A stretch of 47,454 nt of DNA from Bifidobacterium breve (lineage in GTDB: Bacteria > Actinomycetota > Actinomycetes > S36-B12), in the NCBI GenBank assembly GCA_945861925.1, contig CAMAWO010000002.1, positions 1 through 47,454 of the forward strand, given 5' to 3'. The notes under the pieces are model-generated. The model made no database searches and had not been told where the DNA came from. It saw only the letters and a program-made list of their open reading frames with translations. Shown here piece by piece: positions 18,363 through 27,331 of this stretch. Positions within the stretch are counted from its first letter, which is position 1, and every line of letters starts with the position of its first letter. Made by a program: the position numbers and the translations under genes.

Positions 18363-19235
18363 GTGCCGGATGAACTCACCCTCACAGATGCTTGGGAGGA
18401 GACTCTTATCGGGGATCGCTCGTTCTACCGTGGACCCGACGGCGACCCCTACCGGCACTTCGCAACCGACATAGCAGGCAGCGCCGAGATCCTTCCCCTC
18501 ATTCGTGAACTCCTTGCCTTCGCAGGCGATTGCGACGGTGGCCCGCTCACGGTCATTGATGTCGGGTCGGGCGCTGGAGGCCTTTTGGCCAGACTTGCGA
18601 TGACAGGCACCAACACACGACTCATTGGGATCGACCTTCGACCCCGACCCGCAGGGCTCGACACCGCCATCGAATGGATCACCGGAGACGCCCGGGTGGT
18701 CGCCGGCGAGATCCTTGGGATTCGAGGCGTGGTCGTTGCCCACGAGTTCCTCGACGACATCCCTTGCGCGGCAGTCGAAGTGGACGAGGACGGACGTCCA
18801 CGGCTGATCCGCGTGGACCCCTCGAGCCGCAGGCTCGTCGTCGGCGAACCGCTCGAGGACCCCGCCGATCTCGCATGGCTTGATCGTTGGTGGCCGGTCA
18901 CCCGGCCGTTTATGCGAGCGGAGATCGGCCGCAGCCGCGACGCGGCATGGGCCATGATCACCGGCATGCTCGACTCAGGCGCCGCCCTCGCAATCGACTA
19001 CGGCCACACCCGCCCCGAGCGGCTGGGCGGCACGTGGGACGGCGGCACCCTCGTCGGCTATCACGAGGGTCGGGTGGTCACCCCGGTTGCTGACGGCTCA
19101 TGCAATCTCACCGCCCACGTTGCGATCGATTCGGTTGCCGAAGCCGCGCCCAGGGCGCAATCGACGCGGATTGACCACTGGTCCTCAGCGCCCGGACGCG
19201 CAGACTTCGTCAGCCTCGTCCAGACCTTCACCTGA
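18363..19235 (+). CDS. MidA/NDUFAF7-family (COG1565, DUF185) SAM-dependent methyltransferase
   Basis: VIDVGSGAGGLLARL SAM motif, VVAHEFLDDIPC, LAIDYGH, GTLVGYH and CNLTAHVAIDS follow the MidA-family block order known from memory. GTG start, 34 bp from the divergent gene. Confidence 0.7.
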   Translation: MPDELTLTDAWEETLIGDRSFYRGPDGDPYRHFATDIAGSAEILPLIRELLAFAGDCDGGPLTVIDVGSGAGGLLARLAMTGTNTRLIGIDLRPRPAGLDTAIEWITGDARVVAGEILGIRGVVVAHEFLDDIPCAAVEVDEDGRPRLIRVDPSSRRLVVGEPLEDPADLAWLDRWWPVTRPFMRAEIGRSRDAAWAMITGMLDSGAALAIDYGHTRPERLGGTWDGGTLVGYHEGRVVTPVADGSCNLTAHVAIDSVAEAAPRAQSTRIDHWSSAPGRADFVSLVQTFT

Positions 19236-19247
19236 CACACTGGCCCA

Positions 19248-20372
19248 GTGACGTCACGCAAAGTCCTCGTCGCGCTCGGGGCAGCCCGTCACCTCGACGC
19301 AGATCTCGTCCTCGATCTCGGCGACCTCCACCCCGCCCAGCACGGCGCACTCCAACTGGCCCTAGAGCTCGATGACGACATCATCACCGCGGCCGATGCC
19401 CGGGTAGGCCTCCTGCATCGCAGCGCGGAAAAGCTCTTCGAGGCCCGCGACTATCGGCAGATCCTCATGCTCGCGAACCGGCACGACTGGCTGTCAGCCT
19501 TCTCCTCAGAACTCGGAGTCGCCCTCACCATCGAAGCGGCGATGGGCATCGTTCCCCCCGAGCGCGCCACCTGGTCGCGCACCCTGCTCGCCGAGGTGAA
19601 CCGCATCACGGCATCACTCCTGCTCGTCGGGGCGGCCGTACCCGAGGCCGCGCCGAGCCTTGCTGTGCGAGAGGAGCTCCAGGAACTCCAGGAGCGGGCG
19701 ACCGGCGGCCGCGTCCACCCGATGATCACTCGAATTGGCGGGCTCGCGCATCCGCTGGATACTCCTTGGCTCGACGATCTCGCGCGAGTGCTCGCAGGGC
19801 TCACCGCTCAACTGCCCACTGTCCGCGAGTCCGTGACTACCGCGATGCAGGCTCACGCAGGAGTCGCCGTGCTCACCACCGCCGATGCACTGTCCATCGG
19901 CGTGAGTGGGCCGGTCGCCCGAGCAAGCGGCGTCGACCTTGACCTACGTCGTGATGCGGCTCTCCTCGCCTACCCGGAACTCGTGTCGCTCATCGACGTT
20001 CCGGTCTCCATCGCCGGCGATATCTCCGCGCGTTACGAGGTCCTTCTCGGCCAGATACCCGTGAGCATTGCCCTCATCGCGGCCGCCAGCGCCCGGCTGC
20101 GCGAGCTCGGCGAGGGGCCGGTGAATGTGCCGCTGCCCAAGGTCGTTCGAGTCCCGGAAAGCACCAGCTACGGCGAGTTCGAGGGCCCGCTCGGACGAAG
20201 CGGCTACCTACTCAGCAGCGTAGGTGAGAAGACGCCGTGGCGGCTGAAACTGCGCACGCCATCATTCACCAACGTTCAGGCGCTTGCGCGAGCATTGCCC
20301 GGCACACCCCTGCATGCGCTCGGACCCGCGGTCACGTCCTTCTTCTTCGTCGTCGGCGACATCGACCGCTGA
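19248..20372 (+). CDS. orphan NADH-quinone oxidoreductase subunit D (NuoD/Nqo4/NDUFS2)-like protein
   Basis: LHPAQHGALQL, VGLLHRSAEKL, NRHDWLSAFSSE, VPPERA, and C-terminal WRLKLRTPSFTNVQAL...VVGDIDR align by eye without gaps to the Nqo4/NuoD N- and C-terminal blocks. No other nuo genes are nearby. Confidence 0.75.
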   Translation: MTSRKVLVALGAARHLDADLVLDLGDLHPAQHGALQLALELDDDIITAADARVGLLHRSAEKLFEARDYRQILMLANRHDWLSAFSSELGVALTIEAAMGIVPPERATWSRTLLAEVNRITASLLLVGAAVPEAAPSLAVREELQELQERATGGRVHPMITRIGGLAHPLDTPWLDDLARVLAGLTAQLPTVRESVTTAMQAHAGVAVLTTADALSIGVSGPVARASGVDLDLRRDAALLAYPELVSLIDVPVSIAGDISARYEVLLGQIPVSIALIAAASARLRELGEGPVNVPLPKVVRVPESTSYGEFEGPLGRSGYLLSSVGEKTPWRLKLRTPSFTNVQALARALPGTPLHALGPAVTSFFFVVGDIDR

Positions 20373-20384
20373 CGAATCGCGCCG

Positions 20385-20681
20385 CTACTTCTCGTGATCG
20401 CGAATGTAGGTCGCGAAGCGAGCCCGCAGGAGCGTCTCGGTCGTGGGATCGAGATCCTTGTCACCGAGCATCTCGCGCACTGCCCTGACCGTCTCGATGA
20501 AGGTGCCGCCAATCGCGCCGAGATCGCCGCCCTCACCCTCAATCGCGACCATGCCGGGCATGTGCGCGAACAGGTCGGTGAAGAAGCCGATATCGATGCG
20601 CCTCTCGGCCAGATGGAAGGCTCGGTGACGCAGCTCGTCGAAGGGCAGGTCCTCAAGGCTCGTTGCATCGCTCATGGTCAC
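20385..20681 (-). CDS. small acidic hypothetical protein (98 aa)
   Basis: ATGA overlap with the upstream DUF3180 gene suggests translational coupling at the end of the folate operon. No recognisable motif. Confidence 0.5.
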   Translation of the reverse strand: MTMSDATSLEDLPFDELRHRAFHLAERRIDIGFFTDLFAHMPGMVAIEGEGGDLGAIGGTFIETVRAVREMLGDKDLDPTTETLLRARFATYIRDHEK

Positions 20682-21175
20682 GAGCCTATACGCGCGATAG
20701 AGCCCCCCGTCCCATCGCGATCACCATCGACAGGGAGCCGACACATCCGCTCAAGCCACAGCGCCGACGCCACCAAGGCGAGTGACCCACATGCCGTGGT
20801 GAGGGCGGCCGCCACGGAGTCGCTGCCCGCCTCGGTCATCCTCGAGGGCAAGGTCCCGATCGCGATGCCCGCGTAGAACCCTGCGACGAGGGAGCCAGTT
20901 CGCGAGGCTGCCATGGCCAGCGCGGCTGTCCGCGCGGCGACGAGCGGTGGCAATGGTCGCGAGCCGGGCTTGCGCTGGAGTCGGGGACGGCTCAGGAGGG
21001 TCCAGATGAGCAGGGCCAGCGCGAGGAACCACATGGTCGCGCCCGCGAGCCACGGCACCGGGATCACCCGGCCCGACCAGCCCTCGACGAGCATTGCGGC
21101 GCCCCAGCCGACCGCCGCCGCGATCACGGCGAGCCCGGCGAGCAGCCGGATCCGCGTCGGAGTCATGGCATTCAC
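20678..21175 (-). CDS. DUF3180-like integral membrane protein
   Basis: 165 aa with about 4 TM segments. Conserved position immediately after folK in actinobacteria (recalled synteny). Confidence 0.6.
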   Translation of the reverse strand: MNAMTPTRIRLLAGLAVIAAAVGWGAAMLVEGWSGRVIPVPWLAGATMWFLALALLIWTLLSRPRLQRKPGSRPLPPLVAARTAALAMAASRTGSLVAGFYAGIAIGTLPSRMTEAGSDSVAAALTTACGSLALVASALWLERMCRLPVDGDRDGTGGSIARIGS

Positions 21176-21684
21176 CTGATGGACATCCCTTCACTCGATC
21201 CCCGCACCCCTGACGTATCGATCTCGAGCCCGCTGATCGGACCGTGGCCGGACAGCACCGCGTCAGGCTCGATCTCCAGCCAGGGCACGATGACGAAGCC
21301 GCGCTCATGCGCCCTAGGGTGCGGGAGCGTCAACGTTGGATCGTCGCTCACCTGGCCACCCACATCAATGATGTCGATGTCCAGGGTGCGAGGACCCCAG
21401 CGCTCCTGCCGCGTGCGGGCCCACTCAGACTCAAGTTCGTGCGCACGGTCGAGGAGCCCCCTCGCGGAGAGAGTCGATCTCACCCGGATCACGGCATTGA
21501 CATAGTCGGGCTGCTCTGGGCCGCCAACCGGATCCGTCTCATAGACCGACGAGATCGCTATGACCTCAAGCCCCGGGGTGGCTCTCAGCCCATCGAGCGC
21601 ACCCTGCAGCGCAGCCAAGCGGTCACCGAGGTTGGCCCCTAGGGCGATCACGGCATCTACCGGCGGCACGCGCTCCTCCTTCAC
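21172..21684 (-). CDS. folK: 2-amino-4-hydroxy-6-hydroxymethyldihydropteridine diphosphokinase
   Basis: ALGANLGDR N-terminal motif, RWGPRTLDIDI and HPRAHERGFV. Confidence 0.9.
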   Translation of the reverse strand: MKEERVPPVDAVIALGANLGDRLAALQGALDGLRATPGLEVIAISSVYETDPVGGPEQPDYVNAVIRVRSTLSARGLLDRAHELESEWARTRQERWGPRTLDIDIIDVGGQVSDDPTLTLPHPRAHERGFVIVPWLEIEPDAVLSGHGPISGLEIDTSGVRGSSEGMSIR

Positions 21685-22037
21685 GGCCGCGTGATGGTGA
21701 CTGAAACGTCGGCGAAAGGGACGACGATGGGTGCCGAGGGCTTGTGCACGGTCACCACGACGCCCTGCACACCGTTCATTGCCAGGAGCGCGGCAGAGAT
21801 GCGTTCGGCAACCGTCTCGATGAGATCAACTGGTTCGCCCACGAGGATGGCGTGGACTTGGTTTGCGGCGTCTCCGTAATCGACGCTCGCCGCAAGATCG
21901 TCGGTGCGGGCTGCGTCGCGGGTCGATACCTCGAGTGCGACGTCGGCGATGAACTCCTGACCCTCCCGCCGCTCATGGTCGAAGACTCCGTGGAACCCGA
22001 ACCCGCGGATTCCGGTGATCGTGATGCGGTCGCTCAT
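21681..22037 (-). CDS. folB: dihydroneopterin aldolase
   Basis: MSDRITITGIRGFGFHGVFDHERREGQEF. Start at ATG 22037, giving an ATGA overlap with the folP stop. Confidence 0.9.
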   Translation of the reverse strand: MSDRITITGIRGFGFHGVFDHERREGQEFIADVALEVSTRDAARTDDLAASVDYGDAANQVHAILVGEPVDLIETVAERISAALLAMNGVQGVVVTVHKPSAPIVVPFADVSVTITRP

Positions 22038-22903
22038 TCGAAGCCCCTTGCCCAAGCACGTCCCACGAGGACGGCGTCACGCGAGTTCGCGACGTCATGG
22101 ACCCGGACGCCCCAGGCACCCGCGGCTGAGGCGAGGGCTGACACGGCGTCGGTCGCAGGATCGCGGCCGCGCATGCCCCTCGGCTCCCCGGTTCCCCCGC
22201 CCTTCGAGTCAGCAAGGAGGGACCCGAGGAATCGCTTGCGCGATGCGCCCACGAGCACCGGGAACCCCAAGGTCTGCAGGGTTCCGAGATTTCGAAGGAG
22301 CTCCCAGTTGTGATCGGCCTCCTTCGCAAACCCAAGGCCGGGGTCGACGATGATCGATGCCGGATCGATGCCGGATGCGACGGCCTCGGCGATGCGAGCT
22401 CCGAGTTCAGCCACGACATCGGCGACGACGTTGTCGTACACCGCCAGTCGATCCATAGTGGTGCTCGGGCCCCGCCAGTGCATCACCACATACGCAGCTC
22501 CGAGCCCTGCGACGACGCGATACATCTCATCGTCGGCCATGCCACCGCTCACGTCATTGACGATGCAGGCCCCCGCGCGCACCGCTGCCACCGCGGTGCT
22601 CGCCCGCATGGTGTCGATGCTCACCACTACACCTGCCGCGACGAGGCTGGTCACGACTGGCAGCACCCGATCCTGTTCCTCCCCGGCGGTGATGCGCTGA
22701 GCACCCGGCCGGGTCGATTCACCGCCCACATCGACGATGTCAGCGCCCTGCAACGCCATCGCGAGGCCGTGCGCGATGGCCGCCTCGGCAGCGAGATGCT
22801 CCCCGCCATCGGAGAAGGAGTCAGGCGTGACGTTGAGGATGCCCATGATGAGCGGGCGATCGACGCCCGCCAGTACTGCCGGGAGACCTCGCAGCAGTGC
22901 CAT
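22034..22903 (-). CDS. folP: dihydropteroate synthase
   Basis: MGILNVTPDSFSDGG and GADIVDVGGESTRPG motifs. Confidence 0.92.
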   Translation of the reverse strand: MALLRGLPAVLAGVDRPLIMGILNVTPDSFSDGGEHLAAEAAIAHGLAMALQGADIVDVGGESTRPGAQRITAGEEQDRVLPVVTSLVAAGVVVSIDTMRASTAVAAVRAGACIVNDVSGGMADDEMYRVVAGLGAAYVVMHWRGPSTTMDRLAVYDNVVADVVAELGARIAEAVASGIDPASIIVDPGLGFAKEADHNWELLRNLGTLQTLGFPVLVGASRKRFLGSLLADSKGGGTGEPRGMRGRDPATDAVSALASAAGAWGVRVHDVANSRDAVLVGRAWARGFE

Positions 22904-22913
22904 GACAGGTGCC

Positions 22914-23525
22914 CTAGCGACCCTGGATGAGTGACATCGCCTCGGCGCGGGGCGCAGCCTCGCGGAAGATGCCGCGGACAGCGCTTGTCACGGTCTTCGA
23001 CCCCGGCTTGCGAACACCGCGCATCGACATACACAGGTGCTCGGCCTCAATCACGACGATCGCTCCGCGCGGCTCAAGGATGCGCATGAGTGAATCGGCG
23101 ATCTGGGTGGTGAGCCGCTCTTGGACCTGCGGCCGCTTCGCGTAGACGTCGACGAGCCTGGCGAGCTTCGAAAGCCCGGTGACGCGTCCGCTGTCGTTGG
23201 GGATGTATCCGATGTGCGCGACACCGTGGAACGGCACGAGGTGGTGCTCGCAAGTACTGTACATCTCGATATCGCGGACGATGACCATCTCGCCGTGGCC
23301 AATGTCGAAGGTTGTCGTGAGGACGTCCTCTGCCTTGGACCGAAGTCCCGCGAACATCTCGCCGTAGGCCCGCGCCACGCGAGCCGGGGTGTCCTGCAAG
23401 CCATCACGCGCGGGATCCTCGCCGATCGCGACGAGGAGATCGCGAATCGCCCGCTCGACCCCCGCCTCGTCATATGGCCCCGCCGGGACCTCTTGGCCAA
23501 GGGTCACCGGGTTGATGGAAGTCAC
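22914..23525 (-). CDS. folE: GTP cyclohydrolase I
   Basis: [18 protein letters not shown] and the C-terminal HLCMSMRGV motif. Confidence 0.93.
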   Translation of the reverse strand: MTSINPVTLGQEVPAGPYDEAGVERAIRDLLVAIGEDPARDGLQDTPARVARAYGEMFAGLRSKAEDVLTTTFDIGHGEMVIVRDIEMYSTCEHHLVPFHGVAHIGYIPNDSGRVTGLSKLARLVDVYAKRPQVQERLTTQIADSLMRILEPRGAIVVIEAEHLCMSMRGVRKPGSKTVTSAVRGIFREAAPRAEAMSLIQGR

Positions 23526-25504
23526 GAAGAATCGTCGGCAGTCGTGTCGCCGCTCGGGTGGTGACCATTCGAGGACTCGACTGGCACGGCGAGGGTCTCG
23601 ATCGGGGTCAGCACGACGGTGGCGATTGGGCCACGTTCATCTGGCAACCGACGCGCTGACCCGGTCCAGGCCGGGCGCCGCTCGCGCAGAGTGAGCGCCT
23701 CGAACACCGCCTCGATCTGGGCCTTGTCGAGCGTCTCCTTCTCTAGGAGTTCGGCGACGAGAGCATCGAGGATGTCGCGATTGGCCACGAGGCAGTCGTA
23801 GGCCTCCTGATGCGCTGACTCGATGAAGGTCCTGACCTCCTCGTCAATGGCCGCCGCCACCTCCTCGGAGTAGTCGCGCTGATGGCCCATGTCGCGTCCG
23901 AGGAACACCTCGCCCTGCTCCTGGCCGTAGCGGATGGCACCGAGTCGCTCGGTCATGCCGTACTGGGTCACCATTGCCCGTGCGAGGGATGTCGCCTTCT
24001 CAATATCATTCGAGGCACCCGTCGTTGGGTCGTGGAAGATGAGTTCCTCTGCAGCCCTGCCCCCGAGCATGTACGCCAGTTGGTTTTGCATCTCGCTGCG
24101 GGTGGTCGAGTACCGCTCCTGCTCGGGAAGGACCATCGTGTAGCCGAGCGCACGCCCGCGCGGGAGGATCGTGATCTTGTGCACCGGGTCGTTGCCGGGC
24201 AACGCCGCTGCGACGAGGGCGTGGCCGGCCTCGTGGTACGCGGTGATCGTCTTCTCGTGGTCGTCCATTGCCCTGGTGCGCTTCCGCGGACCGGCGATGA
24301 CCCGATCGATTGCCTCGTCGAGTTCGGCATTATCGACGAACGAGCCGCCCTGTCGGGCGGTGAGGAGCGCGGCCTCATTCAAGACGTTGGCGAGGTCGGC
24401 GCCGGTGAACCCAGGAGTCCGCTTCGCGACGGCGCGCAGGTCGACACCCGGGGCCATTGGCTTGCCCTGCGAATGCACTTTGAGAATCGCCTCGCGGCCA
24501 TTGAGGTCGGGCCGGTCAACGGCGATCTGGCGATCAAATCGGCCTGGGCGCAGCAGTGCAGGGTCGAGGATGTCGGGGCGGTTCGTCGCCGCAATGAGGA
24601 TGACGTTTTGGCTCACGTCGAACCCGTCCATCTCGACGAGCATCTGATTGAGGGTCTGCTCACGCTCATCGTGACCGCCGCCAAGACCGGCGCCGCGGTG
24701 GCGGCCGACGGCATCAATCTCGTCGATGAAGATGATTGCGGGGGCGTTGGTCTTGGCCTGCTCGAAGAGGTCGCGGACTCGACTGGCACCGACGCCGACG
24801 AACATCTCAACGAAGTCCGAGCCCGAGATCGCGAAGAACGGAACACCGGCCTCGCCGGCAACGGCCCGGGCTAGGAGGGTCTTGCCGGTTCCGGGCGGGC
24901 CATATAGGAGGACGCCCTTGGGGATCTTGGCGCCGACGGCCTGGAACTTGGCCGGCTCGGCAAGGAACTCCTTGATCTCCTGAAGCTCCTCGACCGCCTC
25001 CTCGGCCCCGGCGACATCAGCGAACGTGGTCTGCGGCATGTCCTTGGACACCATCTTCGCCTTGGACTTGCCGAAGTTCATGATGCGGTTGCCGCCGCCC
25101 TGCATCTGGCCCATGAAGAAGAAGAGCAGGAAGATGACAAGGGCGATCGGCAGGAGCGACACGAGCAGGGTGACTAGGAGGTTCTCGGTCGGCACGACGA
25201 CGTTGTAGCCACCGGGCAGAGCTCCAGAGTCAGCCTTCTGCTGGAGCATCTCTTGGAGGTTCACGCCTTGGCCGGTGATGTAGGAGGTGCGGACCTTTGA
25301 GCCGTCCTTGAGGGTCATCTCGAGGACCTGATCGCGGTCGATGATGGTCGCGGTATCGACCTGGCCGCTTTGAATCTCGCCCACTGCCTGACTGGTGTTG
25401 ACCTGGTTGGGAGCACCAATGCCCGAGATCAGACTGGAGCCCAGTAGGACGAACATCACCGCCAGCAAGATCCAAAAGATCGGGCCTCGAACGAACCGCT
25501 TCAT
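23522..25504 (-). CDS. ftsH: ATP-dependent zinc metalloprotease FtsH
   Basis: N-terminal TM segments, AAA+ Walker [14 protein letters not shown], Walker [10 protein letters not shown], and the zinc site HEAGHAL. Start at ATG 25504 ([14 protein letters not shown]). Confidence 0.95.
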   Translation of the reverse strand: MKRFVRGPIFWILLAVMFVLLGSSLISGIGAPNQVNTSQAVGEIQSGQVDTATIIDRDQVLEMTLKDGSKVRTSYITGQGVNLQEMLQQKADSGALPGGYNVVVPTENLLVTLLVSLLPIALVIFLLFFFMGQMQGGGNRIMNFGKSKAKMVSKDMPQTTFADVAGAEEAVEELQEIKEFLAEPAKFQAVGAKIPKGVLLYGPPGTGKTLLARAVAGEAGVPFFAISGSDFVEMFVGVGASRVRDLFEQAKTNAPAIIFIDEIDAVGRHRGAGLGGGHDEREQTLNQMLVEMDGFDVSQNVILIAATNRPDILDPALLRPGRFDRQIAVDRPDLNGREAILKVHSQGKPMAPGVDLRAVAKRTPGFTGADLANVLNEAALLTARQGGSFVDNAELDEAIDRVIAGPRKRTRAMDDHEKTITAYHEAGHALVAAALPGNDPVHKITILPRGRALGYTMVLPEQERYSTTRSEMQNQLAYMLGGRAAEELIFHDPTTGASNDIEKATSLARAMVTQYGMTERLGAIRYGQEQGEVFLGRDMGHQRDYSEEVAAAIDEEVRTFIESAHQEAYDCLVANRDILDALVAELLEKETLDKAQIEAVFEALTLRERRPAWTGSARRLPDERGPIATVVLTPIETLAVPVESSNGHHPSGDTTADDSS

Positions 25505-25584
25505 ATCCACCCCTTGAGGGTAGTACGCCGAAGCAAATCCTTCCGCCGGCCAAGGCACTGTCCGCGCAAAGCGAACCCCCCAAC

Positions 25585-25615
25585 TTCATCTGGCCCCGAT
25601 TCTGGGCCAGATGAA
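25585..25615. repeat. perfect 12-bp inverted repeat (TTCATCTGGCCC-N7-GGGCCAGATGAA) upstream of ftsH
   Basis: Read directly. Lies 81-111 nt upstream of the ftsH ATG. No T-tract follows it in the direction of minus-strand transcription. Confidence 0.8.
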
Positions 25616-25698
25616 CGAAAAAGCACCGGGATCGGCGACATTCGTTCATCCTGCCCATGGAGGGGACGATCCCTCGAGCAGAACCCCACGGTTTTGGC

Positions 25699-26841
25699 TC
25701 AGGACACTCTGTTGGGCTTGGCCTTGGCGCCGAGCTGGATCAACGTTGAGCTGAACGTGACGGAGGCCTGGCAGGTGATCAGCGAGCCATCGTCCTCAAT
25801 CCTCAGCCGGTACGTCCGCCTTGTCGCACCGGGAATGGGGACACCGTCACGTAGCCAGACCCGCACTGTCGAGGCCACGCTCCATGGAGAGCTGTTTGCG
25901 CTGGCGCAGGTCAGCCTCGAGCCGACCGTCGACCTCCCCTTGACCGACGTTGTCAAGAGTCTGCCTTTTCCGGTTCCTACCTTGGATATCCACGACGTGC
26001 CCTGCTCCGCAAACCACATCGCGCCATCAGTGCCCACCGCAATTCCCGCTGGGACCGCGGCGGTACTCGGAGTCGAGAACTCGGTGACGTCCCCCTTCAT
26101 GGTGATCCGGCCGATCTTCTCCCCCTGGAACTCGGTGAACCACATGGCATCATCAGGACCCGCGGCAATGAGGTAGGGCCCAGCCGCGGCGGTGGGAACC
26201 GAGTATTCGGTGATTGATCCGTCCATGGCGATCCGACCGATAGCGTTGCCCTTCCATTGGGTGAACCACATCGCGCCATCAGGACCAGCCGCGATACCGT
26301 CAGGTTGTCGGCTGTCCTTGGGCATCACAAACTCAGTGACCGTTCCGTTCATCGTGATCCGACCCACCCTGTTGCCGGCAGACTCGGTGAACCACATCGC
26401 CCCATCAGGGCCAAGTGCGATGTCATGCGGGATGGCATTAGCCGTCAGCACCGGGTACTCGGTGATCGTTCCATCCATCGTGATCCGACCGATCTTGTTG
26501 CCGTTCCACTCGGTGAACCACATCGAACCATCCGGTCCCGCCGCGATATCAAAGGGATTGGCGCCTAGCGTGGAAATCGGAAACTGAGCGACCCGACCGT
26601 CCATGGTAATCCGGCCGATGGCATTCCCTTGAAGCTCAGTGATCCACATCGCGCCATCGGGGCCTGCTGCGACCCCCCACGGTCCCGACCCGGCGAAAGG
26701 CGCCGGCTTGTAGGTCTCGAACGAGCCGAGGGGCATTCCCGAAGCAGCCTGTGCACCGGGAGCAGTAAGCACACCCAGCAGGCCCGCAAGAGCCAGAGTC
26801 AAGGCAAGTCGGCTAACCCGGGTGGTCTTCGACCTGCTCAT
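25699..26841 (-). CDS. secreted virginiamycin-B-lyase (Vgb)-like beta-propeller protein with a C-terminal Ig-like domain
   Basis: Signal peptide MSRSKTTRVSRLALTLALAGLLGVLTAPGAQA. About six 42-aa repeats of the form P.GIAAGPDGAMWFTE..GN.IGRITMDG.ITEY, matching the Vgb blade repeat recalled from memory. The C-terminal ~90 aa (GSRLTC...WLRDGVPIPGATRRTYRLRIEDDGSLITC) resemble an actinobacterial Ig-like module. Confidence 0.7.
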   Translation of the reverse strand: MSRSKTTRVSRLALTLALAGLLGVLTAPGAQAASGMPLGSFETYKPAPFAGSGPWGVAAGPDGAMWITELQGNAIGRITMDGRVAQFPISTLGANPFDIAAGPDGSMWFTEWNGNKIGRITMDGTITEYPVLTANAIPHDIALGPDGAMWFTESAGNRVGRITMNGTVTEFVMPKDSRQPDGIAAGPDGAMWFTQWKGNAIGRIAMDGSITEYSVPTAAAGPYLIAAGPDDAMWFTEFQGEKIGRITMKGDVTEFSTPSTAAVPAGIAVGTDGAMWFAEQGTSWISKVGTGKGRLLTTSVKGRSTVGSRLTCASANSSPWSVASTVRVWLRDGVPIPGATRRTYRLRIEDDGSLITCQASVTFSSTLIQLGAKAKPNRVS

Positions 26842-26853
26842 ATTTGCTCCAGG

Positions 26854-27220
26854 CTAGGGATCGGTGTGTGCCTCGACGACCAACTCGTTGTCCTGCGATG
26901 AAACGAGGTCCATGCATATGTGACCATCACCGTCCACGACTCGTGTGTCAAGCGCATTGCAAATGCAGTGATCTCTGCGTACGGTGCTGTGGGACCAGAT
27001 ATCGAAGTTGGCCATCCCGGCGAGGTCCTTGGTGGGGAGGTGAGCAGGGATTGCCTGCATGAATCATCGAGATCGAGTGCGATCCCCCTGCTTCGTCGGC
27101 ATCTCGTCGCCACTGCGGGAATGAAGGTCAAGCCCTTCCATGACGAGGTTGTATCCATCGTGAATGGGAAATCGGTCACGGGCAATTTCCTGCCAGGACA
27201 CGAATCGGTAAGGCCTCATG
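26854..27220 (-). pseudogene. possible frameshifted gene remnant of unknown family
   Basis: Own translation: MRPYRFVSWQEIARDRFPIHDGYNLVMEGLDLHSRSGDEMPTKQGDRTRSR* from ATG 27220. A protein-like continuation follows in another frame (ORF 26854-27060, ...HLPTKDLAGMANFDIWSHSTVRRDHCICNALDTRVVDGDGHICMD...). No family was recognised. Confidence 0.25.
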
Positions 27221-27257
27221 GGCGAATCCCGAGGGTTGGTACCGAGACGCGTACCAT

Positions 27258-27331
27258 GGACGAAATGACCAAAAACACAGCCTAATGACCAAATTCTTGG
27301 TCAGTCGAGCCGGATTCCGGACGAAATGACC
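27258..27331. repeat. two 13-bp direct repeats (GGACGAAATGACC) flanking an 18-bp palindrome (TGACCAA-attc-TTGGTCA)
   Basis: Read directly. Repeats are at 27258-27270 and 27319-27331, and the palindrome is at 27286-27303. All lie just downstream of the hpt stop. Confidence 0.8.

Noticed and set aside
23882-24874. 330-aa plus-strand ORF
   Set aside because: It lies entirely antisense to ftsH, whose AAA+ and zinc-protease motifs are unambiguous. Its composition is low-complexity and Arg/Val/Gly-rich.
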